DNA from: Chiloscyllium plagiosum
Lineage: Eukaryota
DNA length: 64,000 bases
Direction of reading: 5' to 3'
NCBI RefSeq assembly: GCF_004010195.1
Contig: NC_057742.1
Location: forward strand, 11,761,341 to 11,825,340
Shown: positions 51,438 through 63,699 of the stretch, piece after piece
How positions within the stretch are numbered: the first letter of the stretch is position 1
How the letters are laid out: each line of letters starts with the position of its first letter
Notes under the pieces: model-generated
Database searches by the model: none
What the model was told of the DNA's origin: nothing
Seen by the model: the letters and a program-made list of their open reading frames with translations, nothing else
Program-made: the position numbers and the translations under genes

Positions 51438-51915
51438 GGTCTCCCTCCTATTGGAAGGATATTGTGAAGCTTGAAACGGTTCATGAAAGATTTACGAGGA
51501 TGTTGCCAGAGTTGGAGGATTTGAGCTATAGGGGGGTGCTCAATAGACTGGGGCTGTTTTCCCAGGAGCGACAGAGGCTGTGGGGTGACCTTATAGTGGT
51601 TTGTAAAGTCATGGATACCCTGTGGTTGGGAAGCCCAGAACAAGAGGGCATAGGTCTAGGGTGATAGTGGAAAAGTTTAAAAGAGACCTTTTCACGTAGA
51701 GGGTGGTCCAAGTGTGGAATTAGCTGCCAGAAGAAGTGGTTCCGGCTAGTACAATTACAACATGTAAAAGGCGTCTGGATGGATATATGAATAAGAAGGG
51801 TTTAAAAGGATATGGCCCAAGGGCTGGCAAATGGGACTAGATTAGGTTGGGATATCTGGTCAGCATGGACAAGTTGGACTGAAGGGTCTGTTTCCATGCT
51901 GTACATCTCTATGAC
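51438..51915 (+). mobile_element. CR1 3' portion inserted in the minisatellite
   Basis: SPSYWKDIVKLETVHERFTRMLPELEDLSY... and tail. Confidence 0.9.
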
Positions 51916-52881
51916 CTACCAGGATTTGGGTCCGACTTGTGGTCTATCACTAGGGTTAGGGACCAATTTGTGGCTGGTGACCAGGTTTGGTATCAGCCTT
52001 TGGTTACTCCCTGGGCTGAGAGTCCATTCTGCCATCACCTTTGGTAAGTGTGCTTAATTTAATACGCCGTTCAGTATGTCCACCAAGTAGAGTGCGGGCT
52101 TGTTAATTTTATAAGTTATTTTGTTGAATTGGTTTTTATTATTACACTGATTGGAAGGTTTCAGGGTGTAAAAGTAATGGAGGTTAATTCAGTCTCTTTA
52201 TGAAGCTTTTTCTTGTCTGACAAGTGACAACAGCCTTGAGCTCTAAACTGGTGTATGATCCTGAGTTTGGCCTCGATTAATTTTATTATTTGTGTTATAA
52301 ATTGAGCATTAGGGTTGGATTGGAATTGCTGAAGCTTAGTTTTAGAAGGCAATCAATCCACATTCGGTGCGCACCCATTTCTTTACTCCTCTCTATTGAA
52401 ATTTGTTTAACGTTGCATGCTACAGAATAGAGTATTTGTGTTCCAAGTTTTGTCAACTTTATACATAGCCTTTTTCTTTGTGGAATATTGACTTGTCAAT
52501 CTTGGTTGTCCTGTTGGGGTTGAGTTTGACGAAAGCTGATTCTATCTTGGGTCATATTTATCATCAACTTAGCGTGACAATGATAAGGGACTATCTGCAG
52601 TTAATTTGGCTCATGGTTACATGAGCTGGTGACTATGGATGAGGTTTGGGGAGCGACTAAATAAAAGATTGAATTGTTATTGACAGCTTAAAATAACTTG
52701 TGTGTTTGAGTTTTTAATAGGATGCATTATACAAATATAATGGCAGGTTTTCAAGTTTAAAAGGTTTTTTAACTGAAGAGTTCTGCTAATGCTCTGTCAA
52801 ATTAGAGTAATAAGATGGTGGTTTTTTTTTGGGTCTGTAAATTGTGAAGAAGCAAAAATAGCCTTTGCAGTGATATGTACT

Positions 52882-53560
52882 TAGAGTCATAGAGATGTAC
52901 AGCATGGAAACAGACCCTTCGGTCCAACCTGTCCACGCCGACCAGATATCCCAACCCAATCTAGTCCCACCTGCCAGCACCCGGCCCATATCCCTCCAAA
53001 CCCTTCCTATTCATATACCCATCCAAATGCCTCTTAAATGTTGTAATTGTACCAGCCTCCACCACATCCTCTGGCAGCTCATTAAGCTCTTAGGTCTCTT
53101 TTATATCTTTTCCCTCTCACTCTGTCTGTACCTCGGACTACAGAATCCCCTAACACAATTGATCTCTTGGAAGCCGACGTACCCCTCGTTGCATTAGAGC
53201 CAGTCTCAATACCAGAAACTTGGCTGTTCATGCTACGTTCCCCTGAGAATCCATCACCCCTTACATTTTCCAAAACTGCATACCTGTTTGAAATGGGCAT
53301 ATCCACGAAAGACTCCTGCACTAGCTGCCTACCTCTCTTACCCTTCCTGGAGTTAACCCATCCATGTGACTGTATCTGAGACTTTTCCCCCTTCCTATAA
53401 CTGCCATCCATCACATACTGTTGCTGTTGCAAATTCCTCATTGCTTCTATCTGTCTCTCCAACCGATCCACTCAATCTGATAAGATTAGCATCCAACAGC
53501 ATTTATGGCAGATATAATCCACAGTAACCCTTAAACTCTCTTTAAACTCCCACATCTAAC
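52882..53560 (-). mobile_element. Internally deleted CR1: ORF1 fragment joined to ORF2 C-terminus and tail
   Basis: ICHKC motif, coiled coil, ISNRYAVL and IVLGDSVVRGTDR (SGNH block I of CR1 ORF1), running directly into VRGKRYKRDLR. Confidence 0.8.
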
Positions 53561-53621
53561 AAATTAAATTCTAAAATTCTCTTCCTTGTGTATAAATCTC
53601 TCTGTGGCCTAACATTGTTTC

Positions 53622-54535
53622 CTTGTGAAACTTGAAAGGGTTCAGAAAAGATTTACAAAGATGTTGCCAGGGTTGGAGGATTTGAGGGGAGAGGCTGAAC
53701 AGGCTGGGGCTGTTTTCCCTGGAGCGTCGGGAGTCTGAGGGGTGACCTTATCGAGGTTTACAAAATTATGAGGGGCATGGATAGGATAAATAGGCAAAGT
53801 CTGGTCGGCATGGACGAGTTGGACCGAAGGGTCTGTTTCCATGCTGTACATATCTATGACTCTAAATGTAAGGGTCGTAGTGAAGGGTTGCTTTTTAGAC
53901 TGCAGGCCTGTGACCAGTGGTATTCCAGGATCAGTGCTGGGTTGACTACTTTTTGTCATTCATATAAATGATTTGGATGTGAACATATGGTTGGTAAGTT
54001 TGCAGATTACACTAAAATTGGAGGTGAAATGAACAGCGAAGGAGGTTACCTAGAGTACAACAGGATCTTGATCCAACAGGCTGAGTGGCAGATGGAGTTT
54101 AATTTTGATAAAACGTGAGGTGTTGCATTTTGGAAAGGCAAATCATGGCCGGACTGAGACACTTAATGGTAAGGTCCTCGGGAGTGTTGCTGGACAAAGA
54201 GATGTTGGAGCGCAGGTTCATAATTCCTTGAAAGTGGAGTCCCAGTTAGTGAAGAAGGCATTTGGTACGCTTTTCTTTATTGGTCAGAGCATTGAGTATA
54301 GGAGTTGGGAGGTCATGTTGCAGCACTACAGGACATTGGTGTGGACAGTTTTGCCGTAATGCATGCAATTCTGGTACCTTTCCTTATTGGAAGGATGTGG
54401 TGGAGGCCGGTACAATTACAACATTTAAAAGGCATGAATAGGAAGGGTTTAGAGGGATATGGGTCAAATGATAGCAAATGGGACTTGATTTATATAGGAT
54501 ATCTGGTTGGCATGGATGAGTTGGACCAAAGGGTA
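53622..54535 (+). mobile_element. Two tandem, internally deleted CR1 fragments
   Basis: C-terminal piece with tail (to about 53862), then an RT piece (GGTATTCCAGGATCAGTGCTGG..., EVLHFGKAN) with deletions. Confidence 0.8.
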
Positions 54536-54551
54536 AAATCATCTGTATGGT

Positions 54552-54865
54552 GGGTGGCACAGTGGCTCAGTGGCTAACGCTGCTGCCTCACAGCAGTAGG
54601 GATCCAGGTTCGATTCCTGCCTCGGGCAACTGCCTGTATGGAGTTTGCACGCTCTCCCTGTGTCTGCATGGCTTTCCTCTGGGTGCTCCGGTTTCCTCCC
54701 ACTATCCAAAGATGTGAAGGCCAGTTGCCCCTAGCCTTAGGTGCATTAGTCAGGGGTAAATATAGGGTGGGGGAATGGGTCTGGGTGAGTTGCTCTTCAG
54801 AGGGTCGGTTGGACCTTTTTGGGCCGAAGTCTGTTTCCATACTGTAGGGTATCTAATATAATCTA
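54552..54865 (+). mobile_element. HE1-type SINE
   Basis: Head, V-domain and tail. Confidence 0.85.
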
Positions 54866-55380
54866 GGAGTTTAATTTGACCTGAAGACTGATTTTATTAC
54901 ACTGCAGCTATACAGAGCTTATGTATAGATCCATACCTTACATATAGCTTTTCGAATGCATTAATTTGCAAAAGTTGATGTACCCACTTTCTGGTTACTT
55001 GTGTGTTTTAATGATTGAGAAAGTGTAAATTGGATACAAATATTTTCTGACTAGCTTTGTTTCAATTAATTATTTGAAGCTTGGAAATAGAGTTGCATAA
55101 TATAATACAAGGTAGAAGAAATAAAGCCAGAATATGTTAAAATGAATTGACATGATCAATTTAAAAGCAAAAAAAATGATATTTTGTTTGGAACCTTTTC
55201 GTGTAAACTGACAATGTAAGGCCTGTGCGTCTTTATACAAGACTGACTAAATCCAAGGAAAAAATATAAAGCAGTTAAAGGCATTCAAGCTAACTATAAG
55301 GTAACAGCTAATTATTTTCGAGGTTTTTTTTTAAAGCAAGGAGCTAGAAGTCCCGAGAAAAGTCTGGGTGATATGTATAA

Positions 55381-55960
55381 GGAGAAAGTGAGGTCTGCAG
55401 ATGCTGGAGATCAGAGCTGGAAATGTGTTGCTGGAAAAGCGCAGCAGGTCAGGCAGCATCCAGGGAACAGGAGAATCGACGTTTCGGGCATAAGCCCTTC
55501 TTCAGGAATGAGGAAAGTTTGTCCAGCAGGCTAAGATAAAGGTAGGGAGGAGGGACTTGGGGGAGGGGCGTCAGAAATGTGATAGGTGGAAAGAGGTCAA
55601 GGGGAGGGTGATAGGTCAGACTGGGGTGGGGGCAGAGAGGTCGGGACCTCCGCGGCTATGGGGAATAACTCTGTCTCTGCGGTCGCCGCAGCCACTTCCG
55701 CCCCCAGTGACGTCACTAACCTACATGCCCACATCGCCGCATGTGTCTCCGCCCCCACGCCGATCTCCATGTCTGTCTCCACACCTAACCCCGCCCCCCG
55801 GTGAGTTCCGTCACCACGCCTAACCCCGTCCCTTCGCCGATCTCCGACTGCATGCCTTACCCCGCCCCCACGCCTATTTCCGTCAACACGTCTAACCCCG
55901 CCCCTTCGCCTATCGCCATCACCACGCCCAACCCCGCCTCCACGCCGATCCCCGTCCCCG
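55381..55960. mobile_element. Penelope pLTR (minus, intact hammerhead core at about 55474-55509) followed by a GC-rich segment with about 30-bp tandem repeats, ending at a gap
   Basis: 55381-55590 is nearly the exact reverse complement of 49030-49242; CGCCTAACCCCGCCCC units at 55780-55960. Confidence 0.75.
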
Positions 55961-56002
55961 NNNNNNNNNNNNNNNNNNNNNNNNNNNNNNNNNNNNNNNN
56001 NN

Positions 56003-56372
56003 TAGAGGTTTACAAAATTATGAGGGGCATGGATAGGATAAATAGACAAAGTCTTTTCCCTGGGGTCGGGGAGTCCAGAACTAGAGTGCATAGGTTTAGG
56101 GTGAGAGGGGAAAGATATAAAAGAGACCTAAGAGGCAACGTTTTCACGCAGAGGGTGGTACGTGTATTTAATGAGCTGCCAGAGGATGTGGTGGAGGCTG
56201 GTACAATTGCAACATTTAAGAGGCATTTGACTGGGTATATGAATAGGAAGGGTTTAGAGGGATATGGGCCGGGCGCTGGCAGGTGGGACTAGATTGGGTT
56301 GGGATATCTGGTCAGCATGGACGAGTTGGACCGAAGGGTCTATTTCCATGCTGTACATCTCTGACTCTATGA
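56003..56372 (+). mobile_element. Young CR1 (HER1-like) 3' end
   Basis: EVYKIMRGMDRINRQSLFPGVGESRTRVHRF...GRWD*, then tail. Confidence 0.92.
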
Positions 56373-59255
56373 CACGAATAACAATAGAAATCATACCGTT
56401 GTGGGGGTGAGAGGTCGCTCATGTTTTTAGTTGGTCCAATCTACTGTAAGTTTCAGTTTATGAAAAAATCAGTTTGGTTCTCTGTAAGGTTGGTGGGGGG
56501 AGCGGGATTGGTGGTGGAGAGGGTGAAGCCTGATGATATACTAATGATTAGATAGGTAAGACTTGTAAAGTATTCTGGTATTGAACTTTTTGGTGTTTAA
56601 CAAATACAAGGGGTAAAATCACCTATCATCAGTGATGTGATTTGAGAATCTGCCTTGTGCCAAGGAAATAAAATAATGTGAGTGACACTGTCTCAAGTCA
56701 TTAAACTCATGATTTGCTGTTTGTTTGGAAATGGTCATAGCATCTCTCCCTTCCCCCGTCAGTTCAGCTCCCATACTGACTATTTCAGTAGAAGTTTCTG
56801 CAGAAACAAGCAACATTGATCCATGCATTTAAAACTGGTAAACAGATCACTGATGGTGAGACTTGTTGTTTAATAAGCACTTCTAATTTATGTTACATGT
56901 TGCAATGATTTGTTTTTCATGTAATTTGTTGCATCTGAAAAAATGCGAGACGAAGATAACTTGATTTGGACTTGGGACAAATCCAGTTGTTTAGAGAAAT
57001 GTCTTTTAAAACGTACACGTGGTGATTATATCTAAAGATCTGACATGAGAGTTTAAATGAAAAGACCCAGCAAACAACTGGGCCTGATTAACTTGGCTGA
57101 TTGACTTGGGTAGAGGGCTGTAAAATCTGCTCTGAGCACGTTATCTCTAATAATGTGTGACAAAAAAGCGTTCTTTGATTTTGTAACATTGTGACATTGT
57201 TGCATTTGTTGACATTGATAAACTACTGCTATCCGCTATTGATTGTTTGAAAGTTTCTGTGGACTTTGATGAAGTTTGACTAGGAAGACTTCCATGGCTT
57301 TCTCACAAATCTCCGTGTGTTGAGAAAAAGCTAAGCTGGAAAATTGGAAAGCCATCAGTTTGACAACCAAACCATCTTGCTGATTCCAGTGCCACAAGGA
57401 GGAATTTTTAATATGAAATGCACATGAGAGCAGAATTAATAGCCATAACCCCACAAGTGGGAAATGAATTTCATTTAATTGAATTGACTTTAATTGTGCA
57501 AGGAGATGTTGAAACAAACTACTCTTCACTGGTCAGTTTCTCTTTGGACATAATTATGTTTTCAGTCTCTGCTGTTTCAGCAGACAGTTCCATTTTAGTT
57601 TGGATCAGAGGCTTTTGCAAGTGTTGCTTGTAATACCAAGAGTTTGCTTTGGGATCATCGATGGACATCTTTGAACACTGCACTTCAGGGATATTCCGTA
57701 ATGGAAGCTCTCCTAATAAATTTAATATTTAGGGGGAAAGCATTCACCGTTTCACCTGCAGTACTTCAGACCAGTTGTAGTCTGCTTTTTTTTAAACCAT
57801 TATGATGGAGCACAGACACAGTCAGCAATTCAGCAAGTTTACCCTGACAAAATCTTCCAAACAATCTTAGTTTTGCTATTTGTGAGGTGAATTAATATAT
57901 ATGGTTCGTCATGCTCCTTTGAACCTCCTGCTCCAGCAATTTGTAAACATATCAATGAGCTTTGCTCCATTATAACATGTAGGATTAGGAGATGTTAACA
58001 ATGTGTGATGTACAGTTATGTTGTGCAAGACTGCTGTGCTTTGAAATTTTGACTCTTTCTGGAATCTGTTAAACCTCTTACCACATGGGGTTCAGTCACT
58101 TGTTAAATATTTCTATACATATGAGAGATCCAAGATGAACTGGGTTTTGAGAACCACAGGTGCAGGTAATTTGTTTTTTTAAAACTAAAATCCAATACAA
58201 AATGTTATTTATGTATTAAAGTCTGTTAATAAGATGATTAAACAAGAGCTTCTTTAAGAAATGTTTTCTGGTAAAAATATTAAGATATAAAGTGTCCCCT
58301 CATGCAGCATCTGTGTGGTGAGATAATGATTGTGCCATGTTTTGGAGAGTAAAATATTGTGCTTGGACAGGTTTTACTAAATATTACTAACCTCTGAGCC
58401 TTTGACTTCCATTGTCATCATTGTGATAGTATTTTATAATGGTCAAAATATATTTTCTGTGTTAAGGTTCTGGCTGCTCGAATTCTACTGTGTATATTTA
58501 ATTCAGATTTAAAAATTTAAAATCATTAATTCTGTAAAATATAATTTGCATTGGCTGATTTTAAATCAGTAGTTATCACCTGCCAATGAGAAATTGTAGT
58601 CCATTCCAATTAATGTAAGTTTTGACTTTTTTAAAATGAGATTTGGATAATTTGTTTACATATTATGCTTTGAAGTGTGATATGATTCCGTGTCGGAGAT
58701 GTTTCATGTTGTGTAGAGTTCTATGAAGAATCAGATTTTCAGGTTTGACCCCAGAATTGAATTTGATCTGAATCCCAGAAAGACAATAAGCACAGCAGGG
58801 TAGTCTGTTCTGTTGTTTACTGTTGCAGGGGTATAAATTACTTAGAATCAAGTAATCAACTTAGAATCAATTACTGAATACATGAATTCCAAAGTTTGGA
58901 AAAGCTTTTGGATAGACTAGTATAAGCTGCACAAATTTGGTTTAAATTTTTGCTGTGTCCATTTTCTTGCTATGGTAGGTCTTTTTTCCAAGTTTTGCTA
59001 GAATTGCTAATTTATAATGTTCCATGTTGCTCAGTATCTCGGCAGTTGTTAGGTGGTGATGGGGGCAATATACTTTCTTACTCATCTTTGTTACTGGGAG
59101 GTATGTATGCATGTTGGTTGACAGCAGTGAAGAATTGGTGGAAAATATGAAACAAGTAATAATTTTGAGTCACAGACCACAGAGCCGATGCATTAAATTT
59201 AAATGTGATAAATTAACATAGGATTGATATTAATAAAAGTTTGTTTCTTTCACAG

Positions 59256-59283
59256 GAGAGTGAAGATGGCATAGAAGGTGATG
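59256..59283 (+). CDS. CASC3: CASC3 exon 2: ESEDGIEGD(A)
   Basis: tttcacag|GAG acceptor, G|gtaagt donor, 28 nt, matches vertebrate ESEDGIEGDA. Confidence 0.92.
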
Positions 59284-60038
59284 GTAAGTATAATGGTTGC
59301 ATGTGAGATTTATTGATTTCATTTAAGGCGCTGCATTCTTGTCCCCTTGTCTCCCAGTCCCTAATCAAATGCAATGCAGTTTGTCAATAATTTATCATTT
59401 TATGTAGAGGAAAAACGCTCATCTTTTGGCACAGAAGTAGTGTTCCCTGTCTGAGCCAGAAGGTCTGGTTTCAAATCCCACCTGCTGTGCAGATGTGTCA
59501 TAATATCTCCAAGCAGGTTGATCAAAAATAAATTATAACTGGTCTATCCAAACACAGTCGAAAGCATTCTGACTAATGCGGTGGTACCTCATGCAGGGAT
59601 AATGAAGGTTGTCAGGTAGCTTTATCATGGGAGGTTCTTGCAGCACAACGTGAATCTGTCCTGACCTAATGTGAGCAGCACTTTCTAGCAGAAAGCATTG
59701 CTTAGTAATGAGCACTGCGTGCTGCTTTGCTACATCCTATATCCTGTCTCTCTCACTTCCTCCCCCATCCCCACCCGTTACCCTATTCCTCGTCCCATTA
59801 ATTGCATTGCTCCATATAACAAACCAGGACTTGAATCGGGCCCCTTAGTCCCACAACAGATGGTGAATTAGCCATTGACCAACCAGACAAATCTATCCAT
59901 TATGTTTTCTTATTAATGATTAGGCTGTTGGGTTAAATTTAAAAAAAATCACTAATTGGCTCTTTGTTTCTAGGTATTGATAGAATGTGTTGTGTTACTT
60001 TGATTACAAATTTGCTAATTTTTGTTCTTTGTTTTCAG

Positions 60039-60091
60039 CTGTTGTGCTTTCAGACTATGAAAGTGCTGAAGAGAATGGTTCTCAGAAATCT
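60039..60091 (+). CDS. CASC3: CASC3 exon 3: (A)VVLSDYESAEENGSQKS
   Basis: ttttcag|CT acceptor, TCT|gtaagt donor, 53 nt, conserved LSDYESAE. Confidence 0.92.
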
Positions 60092-60964
60092 GTAAGTCCA
60101 GCAATTGATAGCTGCATAGTGGGAGGGAAGGCATTGTTCTATTCTTGTGCTGGTAGTGGGCAGAAGGTATTTTGTGAATATTGTGCTGCCAGTGACAAGG
60201 GAGGTTCTATTGTTGCGTTGAAGGTACAGTTTTGTCAATTTGTACTGATAATATGAAAGCTACTGTTCTCATTTTCTCTGAGATACACAACCAATTTGCA
60301 GGCTTCCTTTAGGCTTCCATTATTTTTGGGTGTTGGCGTGAGCGACTAAAAGTAGAGTCGTCCTGTGGTGCATTCACTCTCTGTGACCTTCCAACAATTG
60401 GTTACATTCTGCACATACACTTGTCTCTCCTTTCTCTCTTGACTCTACTCTACAGCTCCTTTTCCTGGACCCTGTTTCGCACCTGAGCTCCTTCCTGTCT
60501 TTCTCTCCTTTGGTGAGAAACTGCTTGCTGACCTGGTTTCCTTGAGTCTGCTTTCTTTCTTCTCTTGCTAAGCAGTCCATTTTGTCGGATGTCTCCCAAA
60601 TAGTCTCTGCTATTGTTTTGGCTTCTTTTGCATCTTTTTGATGAGCTTGTCTGTCTCATCTCTTCAAGTTCGTGTTGGCTTATATTCGTTCAGCGACTCA
60701 GTTGCACTTGCCTCTAACTTTTTTGTAAACAAGATCCAACTTGATTTGCTCTTGATTTGTACTTCATTTGGCAATTCGATATATGATCGTCAACTTGGAT
60801 TTCAGTGTTCCCCTCTCTCTCTCTCTCTGTTATACAAATATAACGTCATCAAAAGTTTTTGAATTTTTTTTAGTTTATCTGTGATTTTTGTAGAGTCCAG
60901 TTTTCTATGGAAATTTCATTTTCAATATCGACTTGGTCAAGCAGCTTGGTCACAAAGAGGAGGC

Positions 60965-61240
60965 TTGCCAAAGTGGTATTGATGCTGGACTAGTAACCTG
61001 GGGCCTCCAGGCTAAATGCTTTGGGCATATGGTTTTGAAACCCATCATGGCAGATGGTGAAATTTAAATTCCATATCATCTGGAGTTTAAAAAAGCTAGA
61101 ATCATGGTGACCATTGTCTTTTTAAAAAAAAAAATCTAGTTATTTAATACCCTTTAGTGAAATAAATCTGCCATCCTTAGCCAGTCTAATTAGAAATGGG
61201 CCTAGCAAGCAATACCTTATCTCATGTAAGAATGGAAAGG
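60965..61240 (+). mobile_element. Degenerate Deu-domain SINE (SacSINE1-like)
   Basis: GGACTAGTAA..CCAGGCTAA..ATGGCAGATGGTGAAATTT..CCCTTTAG..AAATCTGCCATCCTTA. Confidence 0.55.
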
Positions 61241-63048
61241 AAAGCATATGTTTTTAAGTTGAATATATGGACTAACCAGTGTCACGGATGTCAGAATGGT
61301 GGGGTTCAGAATGAGTACTCCCTGGGGGGGGGGGGGGAAAGGGCATTATCCTTGAATAAATAAGATGATAGGCAGATGGAATCTGTGACATCGTATCATG
61401 ACCTGAACTAATGTGTGATGGAAAATTTTACAATGGTTGCATTCTTGAAATCCTCTCCCATGTTGCTGAATGTCTATAACTGTGCAGATGTGAATGGACA
61501 TGTGTTCAGACACTGGGGAAGAGGAAAGAAAAGTGCTGATTATTGAGCAGAGCAACCATAAAAACTATGTACTGTATTTCAAATGAGGATCTGATCAGTT
61601 GTACATATAGTGTGAATTATTTAGCTATATTGTCTGTAGGTTTCTAATCAGATAAGTTTCTGTTTAAAAAATAATTTAAATGTAAATTGTTGTAGGATTC
61701 CTACCATTCCTGTTGCTCCAATTTGATCATTCCTGTTTTGCTGTCTCTTCGACGAGGAATTTGTAGATTGATATTGTCTTAATACAGGCCATGTTTTATA
61801 GCGACAACTTTCCTGCTGCTGCAGTGACTGGTTGTTAGATAGCTGGACTCTGATATAACACTCCTCAAAGTTCTGTTGCCAGGTCAATGTTTTGATTCAC
61901 CCATGAACAGTGATGCGCAGAAGGATAAAGGATTGCCAGTGAGCTGCTAGCACCTGTAAAGTATACCAATGAGAAGAGGAGCAATGGGGGAAGAATAAAG
62001 TGTTACAATTTTTTCAGGTTTAAGGAAGGAGGAGAAATATTTGTCCAATGATGGTGTTGAATAAGAATGATATTCATCTGATTATATCACATTATATTGT
62101 ACAAGTAACACAGCTTTCAAAGCTTTCTTTGAAGGCAGTTAACCCTCAGAGTTCTTGCAAACTCAATGTACTCATATCCTTTAGGCATGAATAATTTAAT
62201 AATTTTTTACGGTTGGGTTATAACTATTGAACAAATGCATTATCCATAAAAGTCCATGTTAATTTAATTGATGCAGTTATCACTATTCAGTTTTATTTAA
62301 TGGATTTTGCTGTTCTTAGTTTTGATACAACTGTGAAATGGTGAGTTTATCTGCAAATCAAAAAAACTGACGCAGCTTTCCTACAGTGCTGCTGGGACTC
62401 TCCATTTTGTCCCAGCATCCTTTTGAGGAAATATCAGAGCATTGGCCTATTTGTCTACTATAATAGTGTAGCACATGAGTTTGAAGGCAGTACTGTTTCT
62501 TCTGGTAGCAGTGCTGTCATCCCTCCAGCAGTAGACATTTAATTGTCAGAAGAAAGAAGTAAGCCAGCTCGCATGATGAGGCCCGTGTTTTTTTTAATCT
62601 CGAAAGGCCAACTTCAGATACATGCGAAGGTAATGCAGTTAGAAAAAATGGCTATGACATTATGACATGATTAAATCCAGATGTGCAGTTGTATTTATTG
62701 TTCCTGTGTTATGGAATAAAGATTTCCACTTAAGTCTTGCACAGCTATTGTTTTTCAAAGTGACCCTGCAATGTAAATATATCTATTGGAAAAGGAGTAT
62801 GTAGATCTATTTCTTATTTTATTTGTCCCCAGGAGTGATAGTGTGGTATTCTTGTGCAAGTGTGATTCCTATCAACTGAAGGTAGCGGCTTATTGGAGTT
62901 GATGTTGAGAGGTTTGGAGAGGCCAGTGGACTGTTACTTCAGTTTTTAAAATAAAATGTTCAATTGCTAGGATCATATTAAAAAATGTTTGATTTCATGT
63001 TATTGAAGTCTGTCTTTTTACCAACACTTGACAAATCTTTATCTGCAG

Positions 63049-63201
63049 GGAGATGAAGAAGAAGTGGAATATAGTGAAGAGGATGTTCAGAAAGAAGAAA
63101 TAAAATCAAGCAATGAAGGAGATAAAGATGAGTCCTCTAAGGAAGGAAAAGCTGAAGACAAAAGAGAGATTACTGGAGAAAGACAGAGTGGAGATGGACA
63201 G
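63049..63201 (+). CDS. CASC3: CASC3 exon 4: GDEEEVEYSEEDVQKEE...ITGERQSGDGQ
   Basis: ctgcag|GGA acceptor, CAG|gtaaca donor, 153 nt, conserved GERQSGDGQ. Confidence 0.93.
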
Positions 63202-63699
63202 GTAACAGGAACCTGTCACTGTTTTTCTGATATAGATGGGGAACAGGTTTACATTTTTAATAAACCTGGTAGAATTAGAGGAAATCATGTACAATGAAAC
63301 AATGTACCAAGGAAGATTGGAGAGGTGCAGAATGCTGCAATAGTAGAGGATTACAAACACACATTGACAAAATAATTGAAGACTTGTATTTTTATACCTA
63401 CCATTTCCTTTGTAGACATTTCAAAATATTTCTCAACCAGTGAATTATTTTGTTCTGTTGAATTTTCATGTAGCGAAATACAGCCATCATTTGACCAATT
63501 AATTCGTTTCTGCTGGCTTCTCATGAAAGACTATTGTTTGCAAAAATTTTGGGTGAACTGAGTTGCTGTATGGGATCTTTAACATATGTTACCTAGTACG
63601 GTGACGACATGTCGAAAACCAGACCTTCCAGGTCAGCGAGCTAACTCAGACATTTTGTACTGAATTGTTAATCTAGTTTGTATGTTCAGTTCTTGGAAT

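Noticed and set aside
51242-51664. Extension of the CASC3 ORF to 189 aa with a LINE-derived C-terminus
   Set aside because: Read-through past a canonical GTGAGT donor into minisatellite and CR1. Downstream exons fit the spliced model.
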